Assembly: GCA_040954595.2 (NCBI GenBank)
Contig: CM082592.2
Coordinates: 9,597,677 to 9,661,676, forward strand
Reading direction: 5' to 3'
DNA from: Balanoglossus misakiensis
Lineage: Eukaryota; Animalia; Hemichordata
DNA length: 64,000 bases
The notes under the pieces were generated by a model that saw only the letters and a program-made list of their open reading frames with translations, searched no databases and was not told the origin of the DNA. Made by a program: the position numbers and the translations under genes. Each line of letters opens with the position of its first letter. Position 1 is the first letter of the stretch. Of this stretch, positions 55,901 to 64,000 are shown in pieces.

Positions 55901-58900
55901 GGAAGGCAGCAAGATAAATCTACTCCTCCAGTATTTCAGTGACTGCGAAGGACACAAAGCTGCAAGTTAGTATTGCACGTTGCCCATGTAAAAGAGAACT
56001 AAACTTCATCGGCCAATGTAAGAGATTTCAAACGTCAGAGATTTCACCTACTTCCATGAGAGCGAAACTTTCAGAATCAATCACGTAATTATCCAGGTAA
56101 TTCCAATTGAACTCTTCCAATCTCTCATGGCTGAATATAACATCTGCTGGTTCATACTCTGCTTTGTCTACTGGCCATAGTCTGTATGTGTAGTTGATAG
56201 TAGGTGCCGGAAATGTGTATCTGAAATCAAAGCATGTCTTATCCTGTCACACCTATTTACATGAATGTCGGTCCAACCATGGCAAGGAAAACATTGGGAC
56301 TGTACCAAAACGTGGTTGCAAAAGGGTGGATCCTATCACGGGTTCAGTAGCTATAAATGTGACACCCCAATACGATATACCACACAGGTTTTAGGACATA
56401 CTAGAATGAGGGGTGATTGATAAATCCATAGCCCACAGGGACAGGGAGATGAGACATAAACTTTTCACTGAATGGCAACATGGGAAGATTGGCAGGACTG
56501 CTGTCATCTTACCTTGGTGTGAGTCTGATAAGTTTGATGTTTTCATCAACAAGGTTTACTTTGTGAAAGTTTCGTCCAATACTCAAGCGGTACTCGGGCA
56601 CATCCTGAAACAACGAGAGAAAATCATTAAAACTGTCCAGAATGCAGACCCCACAAAACTCGCAATCTTTTCACTGAGCACATTTGACAAATACAATCAA
56701 TCATGACATGGTGTGTGTCATCATACATGGGGTGATTGTATACCTGCAACTGATCATAGGCTTGGTATGGTCTGTTCTGACCAGGAACCGCTGCCTGGTT
56801 CTGTGACTTAACAACAAGTTGACACCCATGCATCAGTCGCTGAGACACGATCTCCAGAAAGGCCTGATCTGTGGTCAGTGTCTTGGTGCCGAAAAACACT
56901 TCATCTGCACACAAGTCATAGGTCGATATAAAAAAACTTTTGTCCAGCTGCTCTTCCTCCGGGAAGTAGTCAGTAGTTATGGGCAGACATGCCGGCCATG
57001 TGAGCGATTTCCAATCAACACCTGCAAAAAATTATACATTTATAACAGTCACTATCAATGACACAGTCCCCACTGATTATCAGATTCATAAAACATACTA
57101 ATCATGGGTGGAGCTTAATTGAGGATTATTTGGTACTCACCTGTTTGAAGCAGGGGGGACCACTCTTGCTCACCAGTCTTACCCCAATACCATCCTTCTG
57201 TGACATTTTTAAAACTTCCGGTTGCATGCACCAGGGGATGATGGGATGCCAAAGGTTCACTACGAGCTCTGTAATCTAACATACACGAAATACACCATTT
57301 TAAATTATCGTAAATATGGACATGCCATCCTCAATACTTTTACAAGAGTCTAACAAGGCGAAAAATATTTTAAACAGGTACTCAGCTTTTTCCTGTGTAA
57401 AAAAGGTGGCATCTTACCATTTTCATGCAAGTTGATAACACTGCCTTTATTACTGCGAACTGTTCCCTGACTCTCGGCGCTAGTGCTGAGCTGAGACACC
57501 GTCGTACTGGAGGCGCTGGCCAAGCTCGTGGAGCTGGCCGAAGCGTGAAACCCGGTCACCATCAGAGTGTCGCTCTCGCCACCGTATCTGGCCGACACGC
57601 TGGTTTTCTTCCGGGCCTCCACCACGGCCGTCGCAGCTGCCTCCACTTCTCTGGTTGGCGGAGAATGTCTGCAGGGTTCAACGTCCGGGTCGTCGATCAG
57701 GGTCTTGGGCTGCTGGTGAGGTGCCTGTATGATTTTCCCTGTCGGACCTAAAGGGAAGGTGTGAGTCCATCTTCTTTTATTGGACGTTGAGCGGTCGAGG
57801 ATTGCAGTGGGTGCAAAAGGGTTGATGAGTGCCCTCTGTGGCCGCTGTCCATAGGCATAAGGTTTGCCGTACTGGTGCTCTGATACCATACTGGCGCTGC
57901 CAACAATGGCTCTTGAAGGCAGGTAGTCATCGCTCTCCCTGGAGCCCCGCTGATTGTGATAGCTTTTACTTAGGTAGTCATCTGCATAAACAGAAAACAT
58001 TGTAGTCAAATGTATTTGTAATGTCCTTCATCACATTGCTTTCTCCATTGTATCAGTGATAAACCCAAACACCTGTGATTCAGCCAGGGTCTGATGAATT
58101 ACTACAACATATAAACGAAAGAACATACCCTGGTCCAGGGTGCTGGTGTATCTTCTGGTTCCATCAGTCTGTGTGTTGGACCTTGGTCTTGCTTGCGGTA
58201 TTTGTACGGCATTGCTGGACAGGGATTTGTTGAGCACTTCAACTTCTGACGTCACTGGCTTCAGCTCCAGCGAGTGCTTCCTCATTCGACGCTCAGATTT
58301 CTGTCGTTAAAGTAAGCACCCCACATTGGTTTTTGAAGAATTTATCACAAGCACTTCTGAAAATCTTTAAAATATGTTACATTTAACCACAAAAATATAT
58401 ACAGGTTTTCAGAATAGCTGGAAGGTACAAGGATGCTGGTATGCAACATTATAATATGTTAATGACCTTACCCGAAATCTGTCTGCAAACTTAGCGTATC
58501 TTTTGGGTGTAAGATATTGGCGGGGATGTCTGAAAGGAAACACCAATTTGCTTTATTAGACAAGGGGATATGGTGTCTGGGATACAAACATGGTGACAGT
58601 GCTCAGAAAGATTTTAATTGATTTTCCCCAGTAAACATTGAAGTGCTCTTACCCACTCTTGACATGTGACGGAATTCGAAAGACCTGGGCATCATACGCA
58701 TCGTAGTCAACAATCTCAGGGAAGTCAGTGTTGGTGAAGTTGTCGCTAGGGTCATACAGTGAGGTGTCTGATGATGATGTCATATCATTTGTCTGAAGAA
58801 AAACAGCAGACGTCATACATGGTCACTCCACATGCCTTACAGTAAACACATGTCTTGGTAGTTGAATGAATAAAGGAAACAAGTTTGTCAAAACCAATAC

Positions 58901-61900
58901 CACTGAAAAGTTGCTTGCTACAGTGAACAACACTGCTTGCCAGTACTCACAATTTTCTCGGCCAGTTTGATCCGTGGAATCATTTTAGTGTTTCTACTCT
59001 GAACTTTGGATGTGTAAAAGCTATGGTTTATCCAATATGGAATATTGTAGTCGTCTCCGATGTCAGTTGAACCCACTTTGTTGTGAAACTGTGAGGAGAA
59101 GAATAACATGGAAAGTTTCTACATGTACCAGTGTGTCATGATCTCATACCTTTGTTAAAGGTCACCTCTGTTTAACAAATGCCTAATTATGATCACAGCT
59201 CCATGTTGTGATAAAAAGGGGTCAGTCTCTCAACACAAACACCCACTGACAATATATGTTTTCTTGCTTCTTTGATTCTGGCTTTGTGAAAACGGTACCT
59301 TAAAGAGAGGTGCTGCATGAAGTGGTTGTTCTGCCAAACACACCAGATCACTACCAATACCTTAAAAATAAAATAAACAATGTCATGATTAGTAACATGC
59401 TGCATATGGTTTAAACTGCACAGCTGGAAACAGTTGGGGCTGTACCGTTAATAAAATGAATGGGTTTCAACACTCACCGTTGTCTATCATCCTTTGTTTG
59501 GTAATATTGCACAGTTCTCTATCCACATCAAAGACACCAGCACCTGGGGTTATGACGATTGCCATCTGTCCCGTACGGTCAAAGTTACGATTGATAAAAT
59601 GTTTGTCAAACACTGAAGTCGCGTCATAGAGAGAGGGTGAGATAATCAAGAGTTAGACAGTTGTCATGGGGATGCATGCCTCAGATTATTTTAACCATAA
59701 CAGTCACTCAACATTGTGATCTTATCCCTTTAGTTCTTGCAATATGAAGTGACGGTTAATGACATGAGAAATACAGCAGTGTGTGTGTGCATTTGAAAAC
59801 AAAACCTAGACAATGCTAAACAGGCAATCTCATCTGGCAACAGGAAACCCAGTGTACCTACCGTTGAGAGAGAGATTGATAGCCTCTAGAAAATTTCCCT
59901 GTACAGAGGTAGAGTTGTAACATTTGGGACATGGCTCACCTATGAGGAAAAAATATTTACAATGAGTGGAATTAATACTCTGTGTGCACGAACAGACACA
60001 CCTGGAACACAGTCAGGTTGAAACTATGGCAAAGTGTGTGGACAAAAAAAAACAGTGTTACCATCAACTTCAGTCCTGAGAACCTTAGATGGATACTCGT
60101 TAAAAACTTTCTTCAGTGTCACCAAAAATGGCCTCCAGTCGTCTCTCCTTTCACCAATGGCAACGATCCTGTGGGGCGACAATGAGAAGACAGTTCAGAC
60201 AAGAGTGTTGGAAGAATGTACCTTTGTTTGAATATATGTCTTGGCATTAGACTGCCGGTGTTTACTTTGACGGGTCCTTTGCTGCATCCCAAGATGTGTA
60301 CCAACTACCCACCTGTAAAAGTCTTCATAGTATCTTCCAAGGTAGTCTTGTCGTAGACAGTCTCTCACTGACAAGGGAAACTCCTCTGTAAGAGAGCACA
60401 GTCAGGGTTAGAAACAATTCAAAACTTGCCAAGGCTTTCCTATGGGATTGTTGTGCAGTTTCCAATCTTACATACCTAACAAACCATAAATCTACCCTTA
60501 CCCATTGACTTGGCTTGGTAGACGGTTCTTGAAAACAAGACAAGTGTGATGTCATGGTAGTTGTTGCCTTCCTTCCAGCCAGTGAACAGTTCTGTCAGAA
60601 ACTCAATGGCCTTCTCAAGATGCAAATCACCTAAATAGAAGAGACACAATGTTGTCATGGAAAACTGAAAATTACACATAATCAGTATCTTGACTGTTGA
60701 AATAATTCTTCACATCACAATAGAACAATTGGGTTCAAGATGACACAGCTACTTTTCTGTGATAGGAGTGACTGAAAGTTGAGAGAACTCATGAAGTGCT
60801 ATTAACCAAAGCTTACCATAGACATCAAACTCCCACATCTCACTGCTCATCTGCAGGAAGAGGTACACCATGGCTGTTGATGAGCGGAACACAACTTTGG
60901 TGTCGGACGAGATCACGCCACAGGTGACTTTTTCTCCCTTGGCCCACAATTCACTGATCTGGGCTCTCACTCCGGAAAAGCCAACTTTTCTTGTTATGTA
61001 GGCGCATGAGTTAATCTGAGTAGAAATACCAACTGATGAAATGGTGCTCACATGTTATAGCCTTGTGTCCTGTTAATCCTATGTCATGAATGCTGTTGAA
61101 CAGAATTCACTGAGCTTGGTCTTAATTCTGAACTGATCAGCAAACCCTACTTGCATACTGACTTACCAGACTGTTCTTCAACCTCCACATGTCGCTCCTG
61201 CTGATGTACTGGTCTTTAAATGTCAACTCCAACAGGTCAAGGGTCACTGTCTCTGGATTGACTATGTTCACGATTACATTCTGATAGGTTCGTAGATTAA
61301 AGGCTGAGGCGATGCTCTGATCTACACTGACACTTTCTGGGGGAAACAAACATTCAGTTTAGTCAACAGAGACTCTGTAAGAACTTGCAGAAGTCTATTA
61401 GTAAGATTTATTCCAGAGTAGGCGTTTGATCTTACCTTTGCCTGCTTGTTGCTTACTTTCATTGAGAGATTGGACCTGAAGAAGTAGGCGGCTGAAATAG
61501 AAGACATATAGAATATTTTCAGCTTTGAGAGAAAGTAAAAGATGGATGTGGCTCAATCATAAGAAAGTCATGCAAATACAACAACAAGGTCAAAATATCA
61601 ATTTCAAAAATCTCTCAATGTTTACAACATACCTGTCCTCACTGTCTGGGTGATATATTTCAACTATATCACCAACTTTGACATTTGGGAATTCCTTAGG
61701 ATTCAATACCAGTTCATCCTCTGTAAACAAAATTGTAAGATTGGCTTGAGTTTACATATTTCTTTTACGTTGTCTCTTTTTCGTACTTTGTAATTTATTA
61801 TTTCTCATTTGCTTGATAGCTTGCTTGTTTATACTGAAGCTTGAGTCTCTAGTGGTACCTTGTACATGTATCTCCATGGTAACGCATAGTGTATATTCAT

Positions 61901-62283
61901 ACCATGAATGTGTAACAACACATCTGTTGTATTAATTATCACAGGCGCTTGTGGCCCGGCACATCTGAAGATTATCCGGACCATAGGCGCCCGTGGTATT
62001 GATGTACCACCATTGCAAAAACATGCTTTGCATTAGGTGGGCGTGGCTGCAAACACATCGGTCCACAGCAGAACCACGGCGTTTCAACTAAACGAAGAAT
62101 CGGTGCGTGGTGCTAAGTCACGCCTCCGCCACAGTGAGGGAGTCGAGGCCACTACTAGTACTACTACATGTACTACAATCAAGTACAGGGGTGTAAGACT
62201 TCGCGTACGACACACTGTACAGTGTACTACTATTACTTACCACTGAATGTTTTCTGGTGGACCAAAAGTTTGAATTGCTTCAT
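52951..62283 (-). CDS. DEPDC5: GATOR1 complex subunit DEPDC5 (IML1), multi-exon, complete
   Basis: [132 protein letters not shown] domain [46 protein letters not shown]. Confidence 0.96.
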
Positions 62284-62728
62284 TGTGGAACACGGTATAC
62301 TTTTCTACGTTCGCATCAACCTCTGTTCTATCTGGACATGTTCACCTCACAAATGGGCTGCTCGATCGCCCAAAAACATCAACGCGATCAACCACTGCAC
62401 TGTGACCGTCGTCTGTATACTTCCGGGATCTAAATTAGCCAGTCCTGCATTTGTAGAGTGTCGGTTCGTGAAAAGAAATTCTCTGTTAATTATTTGCTTT
62501 CTTCGATTTTCTTATATTCTTATGGTATCATTTCATAACAAAAAGCTTCTTTTATACTTGTTTTGACTATTTTTTCTCATTTCTTCAACACCATAATTTC
62601 ATTAATTTTATTTTTCCATATTTGCTGAAATAAGTAATTTCGAATGCACAAACTTCAAAAGCCGCGTTTATGCGTGACCTGCGAGGCAGAACGTGTTCGC
62701 ATGAGTTCATCGGATATCTGGACGTAAA
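62284..62728. promoter_or_regulatory. Bidirectional promoter region (DEPDC5 / MRPL16)
   Basis: Divergent ATGs are 445 bp apart, with an ACTTCCGG ETS-type motif near 62419. Confidence 0.5.
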
Positions 62729-63764
62729 ATGTTTGGAAGGGTGCAGAAGTTAACCTGGCTGAGGCTAGGACAAGCTCAAATTGACATTCAACAAGCCAAG
62801 ACGTTGATAGGTAAGATGAAATTGCTACCAATTCACATGATGTGATGCAAGTACTCGTGACAACCATGTACCACAGGCATTGAGTACACGCATCGTATCA
62901 CGTCTTTCGCATATCAGGGAATCTTTTGCCTGTGACAACAAGATGATGATTGATGATGATGAGGGGGAGGAGGGTGGTGGTTCAGTGGGAACGAACTAAA
63001 ACAGATCTTTCTAACATCCTACAACTGTTTTCCACAGTAAGAAAATGTCAACTACACTACCCTCGTGTAACTCCGGCAATGGCATACAGGACACCAGCAA
63101 TACCACAAGACTTTGATCGTAAGTACCATCTTTCAGATTTCTCAGAAATTTGAGACGCTCTTCTGAATTTTAGGTCCTTTTTTCTTTAATACAAATTGTT
63201 TCCAAAAAGTACCAGTATTTCTTTCACTAATCAACCGGTGCTTTCCTCTCAAACCAATAGATATAGAGATTCCGGACAAACCCAAATTGAAGTTTTATGA
63301 TAAGCAACCACAGAATGTCACGTTTCTAAAAGAACCTAAACGGCTGATGGACCTCAGGGGACCAGAGCTGACTGAAAACTCCTTCTTGCATAACCAGTAT
63401 GGAATAGTGGTATGTGGCATTTTTTAACATTTCTTAGCTGTGTTTTTAATTCTGTGTTATACGTGTGGGTATAAGGGCTATTTTGGACTTATGTGGGAGA
63501 ATAAGATGTGTGATAATATAACTTTTAATACAGTTATAAGTATCACATATCAAAGCATTTGGGGTTGAAAGTAAAAATCGCTTTTTGTTGTTATTTTTCA
63601 GGCCCTAGGTGCAGGCTATCTGAAGTACGGCCACATTGAAATGATGAGACTGACCATAAATCGGAAAATGGACGCCAAGAAAATGTTTGCAGTGTGGCGT
63701 GTGGAGGCGCCATATAAACCAATCACAAAGAAAGGTCAAGGTCATCGTATGGGAGGGGGCAAAG
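62729..63764 (+). CDS. MRPL16: Mitochondrial ribosomal protein uL16m, 5' exons; continues beyond the right edge
   Basis: [14 protein letters not shown]... (presequence-like), then [12 protein letters not shown]...[80 protein letters not shown], the characteristic L16 motif. Confidence 0.92.
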
Positions 63765-64000
63765 GTGAGACTGCTTTTTCTCAAAAGAATTGGTCTCCAC
63801 ACAACTCACAAATCTTTAATTTTAAACAGAAATTCCACGATTGGTCACCTATGTGTAAGATGCTTTTTCTTAGACACAACAGATTGCTTATGGAAGGAAA
63901 GATCCCAAACATCCCAGGTGCGCAGTATAATATTTACTCTCTTTCATACTTAAACACCAGGAAACATTGACCACTATGTAACTCCAGTCAAGAGTGGACG

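Overview
Gene-dense, intron-rich eukaryotic DNA from an animal. It is probably a marine invertebrate deuterostome, but that is inferred from protein style and compact introns and cannot be proven here. Eight spliced protein-coding genes could be reconstructed by hand from GT-AG sites and reading frames: (1) 5' half of a sulfonylurea-receptor-type ABCC transporter (-, runs off the left edge); (2) SLC25A26 (-); (3) a Lys-rich orphan gene head-to-head with SLC25A26 (+); (4) a microbial-type group II PLP decarboxylase with 7 introns (-); (5) a ~1,480-aa uncharacterised protein with Arg/Asp-Ser charge blocks, a 19-nt microexon, three duplicated exons and a C-terminal EF-hand-like region (+); (6) TAO kinase (-); (7) DEPDC5 (-); (8) the 5' part of MRPL16 (+). 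There is also a very young 426-bp non-autonomous DNA transposon (perfect 130-bp TIRs, 9-bp TSD) and a family of ~85-bp TTAA-flanked MITEs. The best candidates for new biology are the bacterial-like decarboxylase, which has Asn at the PLP-stacking His position (the known decarboxylase-to-aldehyde-synthase switch), and the large charge-block protein with X-box-like motifs in its first introns. Exon coordinates were read by eye and may be off by a few bases.
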